From positions 16,182,001 through 16,246,000 of the forward strand of contig OZ024748.1 of NCBI GenBank assembly GCA_964016885.1: DNA of 64,000 bases, written 5' to 3'. The translations under genes were made by a program, and so were the position numbers. Below the pieces are notes generated by a model. That model had not been told where the DNA came from. It ran no database searches and was given only the letters and a program-made list of their open reading frames with translations. The stretch comes from Eledone cirrhosa. Taxonomy: Eukaryota. This document shows positions 25,753-39,776 of the stretch, in pieces (positions within the stretch are counted from its first letter, which is position 1; each line of letters opens with the position of its first letter).

Positions 25753-26077
25753 CATACATATATCATTCTCACACACTCTCTCTCTCTCGCTTTCTCTTGA
25801 GCTGTTCCTCAGATCCTCTTTCACTCTCTCTCTCTCTCTCTCTTGAGCTGTTCCTCAGATCTTCTCTCTCTCTCCTTCTCACTAACCCTTTCTCTCCTTC
25901 ACTCTCTCTCACTCACCCTTTCTTTCTCCCCCCCCCCCCTTCTCTATCTATCCCTCTCACTCTCTCACCCTTTTCCACCCACACACATCTGAACATTTGT
26001 TGAAATTAACTGATTTGACGAAAAGTTGATCTCAAGAAACATAAATTTCTTGGATTGACTAATGAAGGTTGAATTAC

Positions 26078-26140
26078 CTTAAGACTACAGTGAATTTGCT
26101 CAAGATCATTGACAAAGTGAGACAACCTTTAACATGTTCA
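26078..26140 (-). other. Candidate 63-nt exon (phase 2-2)
   Basis: cacctgcag|TGAACATG...GTCTTAAG|GTAATT. Only one frame is open (EHVKGCLTLSMILSKFTVVL). The polypyrimidine tract is weak. Confidence 0.2.
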
Positions 26141-26644
26141 CTGCAGGTGCCACAATAAATACATTAATCATCTTTACTTGGGTGCTAGTGTTTATTTCCA
26201 TCATTGCTTTCACTAAATTTCTAATCTACTTTAACTGTGTTGCAGCTCAATAATTGTTATATAAAGCTAAATGTTTCCATTCTGTTTCCTTTCTTTTTAC
26301 ACATTAAAGCAACAACTTTAATACTTAACGTCCTGTACCACATGAAACCATATTAGCAATATGTTCTTGAAAATTATAAAACAGCACTATGACTGTAGCA
26401 CTTAAAAAAAAAATATGAATGCCTTTACACAGCAAATTTTCCCAGCAAATTTTCCCAGCAATCATCTGTTCATTAATAAAGATATCACAAACATATGAAT
26501 TAACAGACAAAATAAAACCTCATTAGCAATACATTCTTGAAAAGTATAAAACAGCACCATGACTGTATCTAATTAGTTTGCTGTAAATTCTCAAGATGAT
26601 CTGGCCACTAGTAAGGATACTATATAAACATGTGAATAAACAAA

Positions 26645-26727
<83 letters not shown>

Positions 26728-27610
26728 ACTCATATAGATATGTGTTCAATGAGTCTTTAACTCCATTTTTTAAATTATATATATATATATATGTATATAT
26801 AAAATATTAAACAAATAATGAATAAACAATTCCTTATATTAAACAAAAAAAGTTCATTATTTAACGATCGTTTCTAGGATATTACATCTCTTCTTTCCAT
26901 GATATCCGGAATACATTGAGTTCTTCATACGGATTGGACACTACCGTAAACTCTTGGTAGATTTATCTATATATGTATATATATATATATATATATTGTT
27001 CAATTTTGTATTTGTTTTGCAACAAAAGTAGTCACTAAGGAGGTTACAGAATGTGTGATGAAAGAGCTTTGACAATCAACAACCATCCAACTATTGAACT
27101 AACTGTATGTATGTATATATATATATATATATATATTATAAGAGAGAGAGAGAGAGAGAGAGAGAACGTTAAAACAAACATAGAATGCATTTCAATTAGA
27201 GCAGATGGAAAAGCTTGACCTTACTAATGATCTTTTAAGTATACAAAAGAAACTCGAGAGTAACATGCATTATATATATATGTCTGTTCAAACATACAGA
27301 TAGAGATACATGTGTGTGTGCTTATTTTTATACAGTGATGACCTTTGGGCTGATGAACGAAGTGAAATCAAATCGCTTCGATAAACTAGGAGGATATACG
27401 CCAGTTTGCCATATATTTTATACAATATAGTATATATATATATATAGAGAGAGAGAGAGTGAGAGTGAGAGTCTGCTTGGCCCACACTTTCTCCATCAAA
27501 CCAGATAAGTGACCTATTTTTTCACACCAAAAAAATATTACTAAACCATTGGAAAGGCTTACTGAGCACACAATCTGAAACTGCTATGGCACCACGGTCA
27601 GGATTTTACA

Positions 27611-27700
<90 letters not shown>

Positions 27701-28100
27701 AGTATATATATATATATATATACAAGTATATATGTATATACAAGTTGAAATCCACACCACACCTACTTACATCTCTACACTTTACATAGTTTAGTCAGTG
27801 CTGGATTTCCCATTGTGCTTAAGAACGTAGCCTCATTGGCCAGGGGCATCTTCCTGCCAAAGATATATTTTTAGATGAATTTTTCAAATGTAAGGGGCCT
27901 CATAACATAACTAGCACAGGGCCTCCTTTGTCAAAAATCCGGTACTGAGTGTAGTTAACACATTTTATTATGATGCCAGCACTAGGGAGATTATTGTGGT
28001 TTTGACACAACTGAATAGTCTTTTCAACCCTATGTTTGGCAGGTTTGCTATGGCTCAATGCCCTTATTAGCACCAATTATTTTACAGAGTGCACTGGATT

Positions 28101-28149
<49 letters not shown>

Positions 28150-28174
28150 GATAGTAAACAACACAATATAACTA

Positions 28175-28242
28175 CTCCCCTACCAAAGGTTTCAGGACAC
28201 TAGACAATATTAACATATGTCTAGTTCGTTCATCAGATGAAA
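28175..28242 (-). ncRNA. Hammerhead-like motif inside a short TA-flanked hairpin element (28144-28288)
   Basis: Reverse complement reads CUGAUGA ACGA-ACUAGACA-loop-UGUCUAGU-GUCCU GAAA CC-UUU-GG UA GGGG. Stem I is degraded. About 35-bp inverted termini enclose it. Confidence 0.6.
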
Positions 28243-28394
28243 TGTTGGTAATGGACTAGTAATATTGTGTTGTGTTACTTTCTAATTAAATAGCTCTGTA
28301 TTATACATAGAGCACTCTTTTTTCCTTTGCTTTTTCTTCGGAAATACTTAACATATATATATATATATACACACTACCTATATATATACATACT

Positions 28395-29278
28395 ACCTAG
28401 GTGACCGAACTAGCAGCTGAGGTGGGTGTTCGGAAAGTACAATAACTAGGGTAAGAACGGGATGGAAGAAGTTCAGGGAACTACTGCCACTGCTAGCTGC
28501 AAAAGGCTTCTCCCTCAAAATGAAAGGCAGACTGTATGATGCGTGTATCCGAACAGCAATGTTACATGGTAGTGAGACCTGGGCACTGAAGGTGGAAGAC
28601 TTACGTAGATTAGAGAGAAACGAAGCCTGCATGCTCCGATGGATGTGTAATAGTAATATACGCGACTGACAAAGCATAAATGAATTGAGAGAGAGACTAA
28701 GCATAAGAGGAATCAAATGTTGTGTGCAGGAGAGGCGGTTGCATTGGTATGGATATGTGATGCGTATGAAGGATGACAGCTGCATAAAGAGGTGCAGAGC
28801 ACTAGAAGTCGATGGAAACCGCAGAGTGGGGAGACCCAAGATGACCTGGGATGAGATGATAAAAGCCGACCTTACCCAATTACACCTCTCCAAGACGATG
28901 ACACACGACCGTGACCTCTGGCGTCACGCAGTAATACAGAGTACCCGACCTCCCATGGGTACAAGCTGAAGCATATAGACAATATGCCCTCACACCATCC
29001 CACTGCAAGTTGGTCGTGGAGGTGCCATGGCAAAAAAGCACCCAGCCCACACTGTAAAGTGGACGTGTAGGCGCCACAAAAAAAGCACCCAGCACTCACT
29101 GTAAATGAGGTTGGTGTTAGGAAGGGCATCCAGCTGTAGAAATCAAGCCAAATCAGTTCCTGTATGAGCAATGCATGGTCAGCCGACCAGACACTGCACA
29201 CAACAGGACAACCCGTCTAACCCATGCTAGTGTGGAAGAACGGACGTAAAATGGTGATGATGATGATGATAATGATGA
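28395..29278 (+). mobile_element. RTE-clade LINE, 5'-truncated 3' end
   Basis: GWKKFRELLPLL...KGRLYDACIRTAMLHGSETWAL...RRLHWYGYVMRM...GRPKMTW with one in-frame stop, then a 3' UTR and (GAT)n tail. Confidence 0.93.
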
Positions 29279-29879
29279 CACACAAACAATGTATGAAACT
29301 GAATATTCGGCTTTTGAAGTGCAGTAATATATAAATATATATATTTATAAGTATAAAGAAAGTGCTCAAGTGCAGAAATGCTATGAAGATAGCTTATAAA
29401 ATAAGGTGAAAACCCTTAAAACATGAGAAAACAAGTTGCCATCAGCAACTATGAGGAAATGATCCCCATAAATTCCAGATATCTAGCTGGAATCTGGAAG
29501 ATTATAACATGGCTATTACAACACTGCTAAAGATAATAACAAATAAGTATCGACAAGCTATCATTCCGATAACCAGTTTTCCAGAAGTTAATGCTAATTT
29601 CAGCAGTGAAGGGGCTTCACATTTTTAAAGAAAGTTCCTTTTAGAAAGACTGTGTCATAATGACTCCATTAATCATTCTAAAATCAATAAATCTGATCTG
29701 AAGTCTACAGAAAAGATAATCAGCTTTGAATTAAAGCCTCGTTTTGTTTTTGGATAAAAAATTATTTTCAAGATTCCCAAATGTTTATTCTATGATGTGT
29801 AAATCTAATTATTCTAAATCTTCTTCAATCTATGTGTATACATCTATGTATAAATACATCTGTAAATAGTTTTTTTTTT

Positions 29880-29963
29880 ATATAGATACATATATATATA
29901 TATATGTGTATGCATATATATATATATCCATATGTATACACACATATATATATATGTGTATGC

Positions 29964-30001
<38 letters not shown>

Positions 30002-30009
30002 GTGTATGC

Positions 30010-30047
<38 letters not shown>

Positions 30048-30050
30048 GTA

Positions 30051-30090
<40 letters not shown>

Positions 30091-30147
30091 TACACATATA
30101 TGTATACATATATATATATATGTGTATGCATATATATATATGTATAC

Positions 30148-30195
<48 letters not shown>

Positions 30196-30346
30196 ACATA
30201 TATATATATATATGTATACATATATATATATGTATACATATATATATATATATGTATACATATATATATATATGTATACATATATATATATGTATACATA
30301 TATATATATGTATACATATATATATATATATACATATATATATATG

Positions 30347-30377
<31 letters not shown>

Positions 30378-30430
30378 TATATATATATGTATACATACAT
30401 ATATATATATGTATATATATATTTATATAC

Positions 30431-30518
<88 letters not shown>

Positions 30519-30720
30519 CCATATGTATACATATATATATATATCCATATGTATATATATATATATATATATGTATACATATATATATATATATCCATAT
30601 GTATACATATATATATATATATATATCCATATGTATACATATATATATATATATCCATATGTATACATATATATATATATATATATCCATATGTATACAT
30701 ATATATATATGTCCATATGT

Positions 30721-30782
<62 letters not shown>

Positions 30783-30941
30783 AAATGTATATATATATCC
30801 ATATATATATATATGCAAATGTATATATATATCCATATGTATAAATATATATATATATATACATACCCACATATATATATATACATATGTATATACCTGT
30901 ATGTGTATATAAATACATGTGAATGTATCCACACACACGCA

Positions 30942-31012
<71 letters not shown>

Positions 31013-31025
31013 GCACACACATATA
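29880..31025. repeat. Long (TA)n-derived satellite with TGTATACA/TCCA variants
   Basis: About 1.1 kb of interrupted TA. Confidence 0.98.
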
Positions 31026-31288
31026 CATTGTATGTATTCTTTATTACAATTTGTCAAATTGATGATAATTTCTCTTTAAAAAGACAACCATGACATTTTT
31101 TTTTATTTTTTACCGTTTTACCAAACAAATAAATACATATATAAATAAAATAAGAAGAAACAAAATAGAAACAAAGAATGGACAAGATATACCTTGAAGT
31201 TCTTCAAGATGGTGGAAACTCATAAAATAAGCTTATCCTTTTTTCTTATCAAATAAAACCAGAAACCATTGATTGGCATAATAACAAC

Positions 31289-31613
31289 AAGAAGAAGAAG
31301 AAGAAGAAGAAGAAAGAAGAAAAAGAAAGAAGAAGAAGAAAGAAAAAGAAAGAAGAAAGAAAAAGAAAGAAGAAAAAGAAAGAAGAAGAAGAAGAAAAAG
31401 AAAGCAGAAGAAGAAAGAAAAAGAAAGAAAAAGAAAGAAAAAGAAAGAAAAAGAAAGAAAAAGAAAGAAAAAGAAAGAAAAAGAAAGAAAAAGAAAGAAA
31501 AAGAAAGAAAAAGAAAGAAAAAGAAAGAAAAAGAAAGAAAAAGAAAGAAAAAGAAAGAAGAAGAAGAAGAAGAAGAAGAAGAAGAAGAAGAAGAAGAAGA
31601 AGAAGAAGAAGAA
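31289..31613. repeat. (AAG)n/(AAAAGAAAG)n purine tract
   Basis: Simple repeat. Confidence 0.97.
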
Positions 31614-34489
31614 GCCACAGCAGCAGAAGAAAGAAACTTTTTTAAAATGTTACAAAAAATAAAAGAGAGAGAAATTTGTAAACCAAACTAGATAAACCTT
31701 GTAAATGAAAAATGAAACAGACTTTGTAACACACATCAAAGATAAATAGACTTGCTGAGATAAATAAATAATTTGGTAAAATGCTAAATGAATACAACTT
31801 AGAAATTTAATGAAAAAATTCTAACAGTTCTGGGAATTCTTTATCGTGCCAAAATGGACATTAATGAGAGCAAAGTAGTCAGGATACCATTAATAAGTCT
31901 CTGAAGAACAAGATTATTTAATCCTTTCATTACCATTTTTTTTTTAATGATAAAACACTGTCTATAGTTTTTAAATCACGAAAATAATCAAGAATACTAA
32001 GCGATTTTATAAAGTAAATAATTTTCTCATTATTAAGCTGGTGTTTGGAATATAACTTAAAGTTATAATGGAAGGTTTGTAGATAAATAGAAGCAGTTTA
32101 ATCCTTTCATTATCATTTTTCTCATGAAAAATACAGTCTATGGGTTTTTAATCACTTAGAAGAAAGGAAAAAAAATAAAAATGGAAATAACAAGAATACA
32201 GAGGGTCTTTACAAAGTTAATAACTTTCTCATTATTAAGTTGGTAGTTAGAATATAACAGAAGTTTTTATATAGAATTATGATGGAAGACTTGTAGTTAA
32301 ATATAAACACTTTAAGCCTTTTGTACATATATTTCTAATGAAACACATTGCCTATGGTTTTTTAAAAATCTCTTTGAGAAAAGAGGGATTTCATAAAGTT
32401 AATGACTTTCTCATTATAAAGCTGGTATGAGGGTGGTGAATTAGCAGTGTTGATAGAGCGCATCAGACACCATGCTTTGCAGCATAGAGTTACGGCCCTT
32501 TATGGCCTGAATTCAAATCCTGCCGACGTTAGATTTGCCATTCATCCTTATTGGGTTGATATATTTTAACCATATCCCATATAATGTAACAACAGTAACA
32601 TCCACTGCAAAAAGACAAAACTTATGAATAGGCAAACATATCGACAAGGGCTTATATTTTAAACATATCCCATATAATGTAACAACAGGTGCATGGCTTA
32701 ATGGTTAAGACAATCGTTATGTCATCAGTTCAATTCCTAGACAGGGTTGCGTGTTGTTTTCCTAATCAAAACACTTTATTTCACAGTGCTCCATTACACT
32801 CAGCTGAGAATGAATACCAGCAATAGTTGGGGAGTTAAACCTGTGATAGACCAGCGTCCTGTCCAGGGAGAGTCTTGTACTCTCAGTCACTTAATGCCAA
32901 GGGAACCGGGGATAAACACTGGTCTGTTGAGTCTCTAGTTATACTCAGCTGAGAGTGAGTAACAGCAGTAGCCAGGGAATTAACTCTGTGAGAGACCAGC
33001 ATCATGTCCAAAGAAAATCATGTACTCTCAGATGCTTAATGCAAAGGAAACCAGCGTCAACCATTGGCCTGATGAGCCTACAGCTTAAAACAGATTTTAT
33101 CTTTAAGTCACAATTACCACAGAAAGACAAAGACTTATGAATAAACAAACATACAGATAGGGACTTATATTTTAACCACATCCTATACAATCTAACAACA
33201 ACAATAGTAGCAACAGCTATCACAGAAAGACAAAACTTACAGAATTTGGGTCTTATTTTCTCATGAAGAGAGAGGATTTTCCCTGCTTTATGGAGAAGAT
33301 TATGGGTGATGTTTGATGCTGAACATTTGATGCAAGATATGGTTGAGACAGAAACAGAGAGAGAGAGAGAGAGGAAGGGAAAGAGGGGGCGGCAACATAA
33401 AGGGAATGAAGGAAAGAATGGTGGAGAGAGGGAGAGAGAGAAAGAGGCAGAGGAATCATAAAGGGAATGAAGGAGAGAGAAAGAGGTAGAGGAAACAGAA
33501 AGGGAAGGAAGGAAAGAACGATGGAGAGATGGGAGAAAGAAAGAGGCAGAGGAAACAAAGGGAAGGAAGAAATGAACGAAGGAGAGAGGAAGAAGTTGAA
33601 TGGATGAGTGCCATTACTCACTTGGAATTATGCTGGGATAGAATCAACATTCATAACATTGCTTAAATCTCTAAATATCCCTACACAGAATTATTCCATG
33701 TAAGACGTTTAATACCAGCAACTGTAAATTTGAAACTTTAATGCCAAAATATGAGATGAACAAACTGGATTAACTCTTTTATGGCAAATATTTATAGCTT
33801 GTCAGAAATGACTAAATTGTGTGGTATGTGTGTGTGTGTTTGTAGGCATGTGTGTGTGTGTAGGCACATGTGCGTGTGTGTGTGTAGGCACATGTGTGTG
33901 TGTATAGGCATGTGTGTTGTGTAGGCATGTGTTTGTGTGTTTGTGTGTGTGTGTGTGCATGGGTTTGTGTGTATGTGTGTGTGTGCGCGTGTGTGCGTGT
34001 GCATGTATGTGTATGTATATGTTTGTGTAGGCAGGTGTTTGTGTGTGTGTGTGCGTGTTTGTGTGTGCGTGTGTGTGGGGGGGGGGGGGGGTGCATGGGT
34101 TTGTGTGTATGTATGTGTGTGTGCGTGTGCGTGTGCATGTATGTGTATGTATATGTTTGTGTGTGTCTGAGCTTGTGAGTGTATGTATAAGCGAGTGTTT
34201 GTATCTAAGTGTGTATATGTGTCTTAGTATGAGTTTGTGTGTGTATGTATATGTGGGCATGTTTGTGCATATAGATGTACGAGTATGTGTGTAAATGTCC
34301 AAGTGTATGAGTTTGTGCATGCATGTGTGCATAAGTGCACATGTGTGCATGTGTACAGGAGGGTGTTAGGGTTGGCAATATGTGTAAATTTACTGTTTTA
34401 TTAGAATTTCATGAAGAACATCCAGTGAAAAGATAGGTTATATAAAACCAGAGTTACATACATAGGTATGATATTATTACCTTCCTCCT

Positions 34490-35235
34490 TCCTCCTCATC
34501 ATCACCATCACCATCACCATCAACACCATAAATATCATCATACTCAATATCTATCTCTACCATCACCAACACCACCATTATAGTCTCTACCATCACCATC
34601 ACCACCATCATCACTGTAACCTCTACCCTACCACCACCACCAACAGCACCACCACCATCACCATCATCATCATCATCATCACCACCACCACTGTCACCTC
34701 TACCATCACCATCACCACCATCATCACTGTAACCTCTACCACCACCAACAGCACCATCATCATCATCACCACCACCAATGTCACCTCTACCATCACCATC
34801 ACCACCATCATCACTGTAACCTCTACCACCACCATCACCACCATCACCACCAACACCACCACCACTGTCACCTCTACCACCACCATCACCATCACTATAA
34901 CCCCCACCAACACCACCATCACCATCACCATCACTATAACCTCTACCATCACCACCATCATCACCATCATCACCATCACCATAACTCCTACCATCACCAA
35001 CATCATCACCACCACCATCATCATCATCACTGTAACCTCTACCATCACCAACACCCTCATCATCATCACCACCATCACTGTAACCTCTACCACCACCAAC
35101 ACCACCATCATTGTAACCTCTACCACCACCACCAACACCACCACCATCATCACCACCATCATCATTGTAATCTCTACCACCACCAACAGCACCATCACTA
35201 ACTTCTACCATCTCCACCACCATCACCATCATCAT
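34490..35235. repeat. (CAC/CAT)n-derived minisatellite with recurring actgtaacctct
   Basis: Low-complexity higher-order repeat. Confidence 0.9.
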
Positions 35236-35699
35236 GCAATGTGCCATGAAGAGATGGCACTCTTCTTACAAGAAGTAGCAGTCAGCATGTATGTATGTAT
35301 GTATGTATGTATGTATGTATGTATGTATGTATGTATGTATGTATGTATGTATGTATGTATGTATGTGTTTGTGTGTGTATGTATGTATGCATGTATATCT
35401 GTGTATATGTAATATGTATGTATGTGTATGTATCTATGAATGTTCTCCTGGTTTTATAATTTTATAAATTTTTACCAATAAAGAGAGAGTCAGTTTCTAA
35501 CATAGATACAAGACTCTCTCATTGGAATTTACACAACATCAACTAGGTAGATATGTATGTATGTCTGCATGCATGCATATGTGTGCAGGTATGGATGTTA
35601 TTGTATGTGTGGATGTGGATGTTTTCAGTTATATGTGTGCATGTGCATATGCTTTGTATCTGTACATGTGTACATGCAGTTATGGGATGCAGAATTTTT

Positions 35700-36372
35700 G
35701 GAATGTTTTACATATGTTTTACATAATTTCCTAACTAGTTGTGTTCTTTCTGTTTTTGTGAAGCCCAGCTTCTCAAGATCTGTATTGAGGCAGTTACTAA
35801 CATATCCCAGTGCCCCAATAATCACAGGTATAAATCTGAAGGTGTAATCAGGGTGGAGTATCTGCAGATTTCTCATTAGTTCTGCATAAATATGCTCCTT
35901 TTCGCTAATCTTTGATATTATATCTGCTGGGCTATCTGCTGGGTTATCTTCCATTACTGAGCATGCCTTGTTTCCCTGTCCCATATCATTATATCTGGTC
36001 TGTTATTGGTCTGTTATGCTTGCATTTTATTGGGGGTTTTGACTGGAACATTCCACCAGTACTCTTTCATATTATGTATACATATGTTTTCTACATTGCT
36101 GTAGCTTTAATGTGTTTATCGGGGCTATCTTTTCTACGGATTGTATTGTACAGTGTTTTGGCCACTACATCATACCTCATAGGTAGAGAGTACCGTGATC
36201 ACATCTTTGGACAGCTGCTTATGATATGAGTGACATCTTCGATGATAATTCTGCAGAGTCTGCACTTGTCATATCTAGGTGTTTTGCCTGCATCCCTATC
36301 TCTTTTGTGAATCAGGTATTTTGTATTGATTTCCTGTTCTTGGATTGCAAAAGCATATCCTTCAAAGTGAGA
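35700..36372 (-). mobile_element. RLE-type non-LTR retrotransposon (R4/Dong-like) 3' fragment
   Basis: Minus strand shows C-R-L-C...THIISSC (CCHC knuckle), an HNRPD motif, and K-x-x-EK-x-x-x-YAEL...FIPVIIGALG. It is flanked by (TGTA)n-rich tracts. Confidence 0.8.
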
Positions 36373-36933
36373 GCAAATAGAGGGTATGCATGTATGTATG
36401 CATGTATGTATGGGTGTGTGTGTGTGTGTATGTATATATGTGTATGTTTGTGTGTAAGTATGTATGTATATGTTTATTTATATGTGTGTATGTATGTGTA
36501 TGTATGTATGTATGTATGTGCATGTATGTATGTGTGTATGTATGTGTATATGTGTGTATGTATGTGTATGTATGTGTGTATGTATGTATATGATGTTGAA
36601 AGGCTTTTCAACACCAGGTACTGCAAAGTCTAAAGTCTTTTAAACTCTCAGTTGCAATAATCTTTATGCTGATGACTGCAATCTTGTTGCAGATTCAGTT
36701 ACAGATATGCAAAACTACATGAATAGACTATTTTCTTCTTGTAAAGCCTTTGGATTAAATATTAATCTTAGTAAAGTTGTAATAATGTTTCAACCAGCTC
36801 CAGAACTTCTTTATATAGAACCATCTATGTACATAGATGGCCCAAAACTCAAGGTACCATATTTCCCAGTACCGAAGATGCTTCGTCCTTAAGGACACAC
36901 CCTAATATTGACAACCAAAAATTTGAAAAAAAG

Positions 36934-37124
36934 ATAATTGTTTCTACTTTAGGCACAAGGCCAGCAATTACCCAGTGCATTACTGGCACTTTATTTTATC
37001 GACCCCGTAAGGATGAAAGGCAAAGTCAACCTCGGCGGGATTTGAACTCAGATCGTAAAGGGACGTAACTATGCTGGAAAGCATGGCGTCCGACCCTCTA
37101 CCGATACTGCCAATCCACCGCCCT
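36934..37124 (-). mobile_element. Young full-length tRNA-derived SINE
   Basis: Nearly identical to the copies at 3470-3653 and 62100-62288. Confidence 0.92.
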
Positions 37125-37269
37125 ATAATAAACAACCGTCAGTCTGCAGGACACATGGTAGATTTTAGAGACTTATTTTAGGAAAAAGGTAGTGTCTTCA
37201 ATGCCAGGAAATACAATAGTCCATATTCCATATTTGGGAAGTATAAAAAAAACCAGTACTGCATTCAGA

Positions 37270-37590
37270 AGGCACGTGGCTTTGTGGTTAGCAAATTCAG
37301 CTCACAATCCTAAGGTCGTGACTTTGATTCCCAATGGCGCGTTGTGTCCTTGAGCAAGAAAAATTTATTTCATGTTGCTCCAGTCAACACAGCTGTCAAA
37401 AATGAGTTGCACCTTTAATTCACAGAGCCAGCCTTGTCACATAGTATGTCATACTGAATCTCCCTGAAAACTGTTATAGGTACATGTGTCTGTGGAATGC
37501 TCCTCAGCCACCTGCACGTTAATTTCAAGAGCAGGTTGTTCTGTTGATCAGATCAACTGGAAGACTTATCGTCATAACCAATGGAGTGAA
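37270..37590 (+). mobile_element. Second SINE family (tRNA head, gtgtccttgagcaag core)
   Basis: ggcacgtggctttgtggttag...ttgattcc...gttgtgtccttgagcaag. Relatives lie at 32688-33080, 18430-18550 and 22005-22115. Confidence 0.75.
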
Positions 37591-37796
37591 AGTCAGTTAC
37601 TGCATGCAGGTTAGATAATGAAATAACCTTCCACATATAAAAAAACAACTGTTTTTTTTTCTTTTGTAAGTATTAAGGTACATCTTTGGAATTAGAAGGG
37701 GATTAGAAAAGAGACAAATATTGCAGTATACAATGCATGGTTTTTTTGTCTATCCTCTTGTATTCCTGTGACATGGGTTGTCTATGGCAGGTACAA

Positions 37797-38017
37797 TCCT
37801 TTAGCATTTACATTGCTCTATATTTACTATTGCATTTTTAAGGTAAAGTCCTTACCTCACATAATCATCTCACATAATATCGAAGCTATGATATTTTGAT
37901 GTTATTTATATTGTGAACAATACCTTAACATCAGTATGAGTAGCTAGTTATGGCTGGTTACAACAGAAAGAGATGAGAGAATTTTGGCCGGATATGGCCG
38001 GTTTAAATGCTAAAGTA
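37797..38017. mobile_element. TTAA-MITE copy 2 (eroded ends)
   Basis: Homologous to 13224-13444. Confidence 0.8.
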
Positions 38018-38614
38018 TTAAACTCTTCGAATGGTTTCTCCAACATTGCCGCTGTGAGGTTCTTGGTGATCCCTGGAGTACACAAACTGCAGACACTGAA
38101 ATATTATAAAGTGCTGGTGCAGTCAGCATTGAAGCTCACATCCACAAGCACCAACTCTGATCAGTAGGCCATGTTGTTATATTTGATGACAGCACAGCTC
38201 CAAGGAAAGTCCTTTATGATGAGTTAACATCGGGTACAAGACCACAACAAAAACCATAACTACATTTCAAGGATTGTGTGAAAGATTCTTTAACACAGTG
38301 AACAAATTGACCCCTTCTTGCTGGGAGGTCATGGCATTAGATAGAAAAAAGTGGCACACCAATATATCTAATGGTGTAAGACTTTTGCAAGAATAATCTT
38401 CTAAATTGGCTAGAATTAAGCATTCAACCTGCTGTGTCTCAGTTTGCATGCGATGTATGTAGCTGAGTATACCTGTCAATATTGGCTATACAAATTGTCT
38501 ATGGATAGCCACAAGTCAAATATGACGAATTCCTTGCATGCAATCTGACATGTAGCACATACCATAGAACATTTTCAAATAAGTCAGGATTTACAAAGCA
38601 TACAAAAATACATT

Positions 38615-38762
38615 AGCCACATGGTTGTTTAAATTATGTCAACTCAGCTACATTGCGGTTAAAATTATGTCAGTTCAGCTACATGGTGGTTAAAATTATG
38701 TCAGTTCAGCCCCATGGTGGTCAAAATTATGTGAGCTCAGCCACATGGTGGTTAAAAATATG
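38615..38762. repeat. Tandem repeat of about 31 bp (cagccacatggtggttaaaattatgtcagtt), about 5 copies
   Basis: Direct repeats visible. Confidence 0.85.
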
Positions 38763-39352
38763 TCTGTTTGAATCCCTAAAACTCGAGAAGTACCCAAACG
38801 AATTTTTTCAAACTTTACATGTGTATTACTTATATTTCAGGGAGTGTTATGCACATAAAAAATTCAACTTTTTGACCTCCTAGGGCCCGCATTAACTGCG
38901 TTTATTTAAGCTTTTTAGGGTTTTTTTGAGGCGTTACGTCAGACCGATTTCATTGAAATTGTAACTATGTATTAGTCACTCTCTTCTTCATACTGTGAGC
39001 AAAGAAAATACAACTTTTTTATGGCCTAGGACCCACATTAGGTGAAAAACTTCATTTTTTCAGCTTTTTAGGACTTTTTTGAGGCGTTACGTCTAGCTGA
39101 TTTTCCTGAAATTTCAAGGCATATTATGCACATAAAAAAAATTCATTTCTTGATCTCCTAGGGCCCGCGGTAGGTGAAAACCTGCATTTTTCCTGCTTCA
39201 TCGAGGAAAATCTTTAAGATTATCCAGCCATCAGAATATTCGGTTTATTTTCTTTACATATTGTCCAGGCATGCAGTTTTTCCATGATTAGGGCTGTTGG
39301 CAGCCCGCCTTCCAAAATACCTTATCCCATGCAACACCGGGTACCACTACTA
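38761..39352 (+). mobile_element. Non-autonomous Helitron-like element
   Basis: Internal repeats and a 3' end cccatgcaacaccgggtaccactaCTAG. Confidence 0.6.
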
Positions 39353-39719
39353 GCATATATTTTATTAGTAGAGATGGAAAGTTTAAGCAATAAATTATTG
39401 ATTTCATCCTAAGCAGGATCTTGTGAAACTGCGAAAAATTAATCTGTAGGCACAGAAGTAAATATTTCAAAACACTTACGAGCAAAATTTGCCTTTAGAA
39501 AACAGTAAGACATAATGACAGTATGTGAAGATGTTCTCTTGAGATGGGCAAAATGTATGCAAGGATAATTACATCATTATGTGGAACAAGAAGAACACAT
39601 TTTTGCCATGGAAAAAAACATATTCTTGCTATGAAAAAATCAGAAGAATAATATATTTTTTAGAATAGCCAAATGATTTCCAACAACAATATCCTTGAAC
39701 ATGTTGTTAATAAAAGTTT

Positions 39720-39758
<39 letters not shown>

Positions 39759-39776
39759 ACAAGCAATGGCACCTAC

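Larger units (their letters stand above)
36590..38620 (+). mobile_element. Fragmented RTE/BovB-like LINE interrupted by SINEs and a MITE
   Basis: LYADDCNLVA..MQNYMNRLFSSCKAFGLNINLSK..MFQPAP at 36660-36850. Further degenerate ORF2 pieces lie at about 37680-37790 and 38020-38600. Confidence 0.7.

Noticed and set aside
27335-27385. SECIS element or C/D snoRNA (GTGATGA...CTGA)
   Set aside because: The SECIS quartet geometry does not fit, and the C and D boxes are only 9 nt apart. A hammerhead relic explains it better.
29825-31079. YI-repeat ORFs (also 49230-50523 and others)
   Set aside because: Translations of (TA)n microsatellite.
31193-31245. Minus-strand exon ending AAG|GTATAT
   Set aside because: No convincing polypyrimidine acceptor, and the phase is incompatible with the other candidates.
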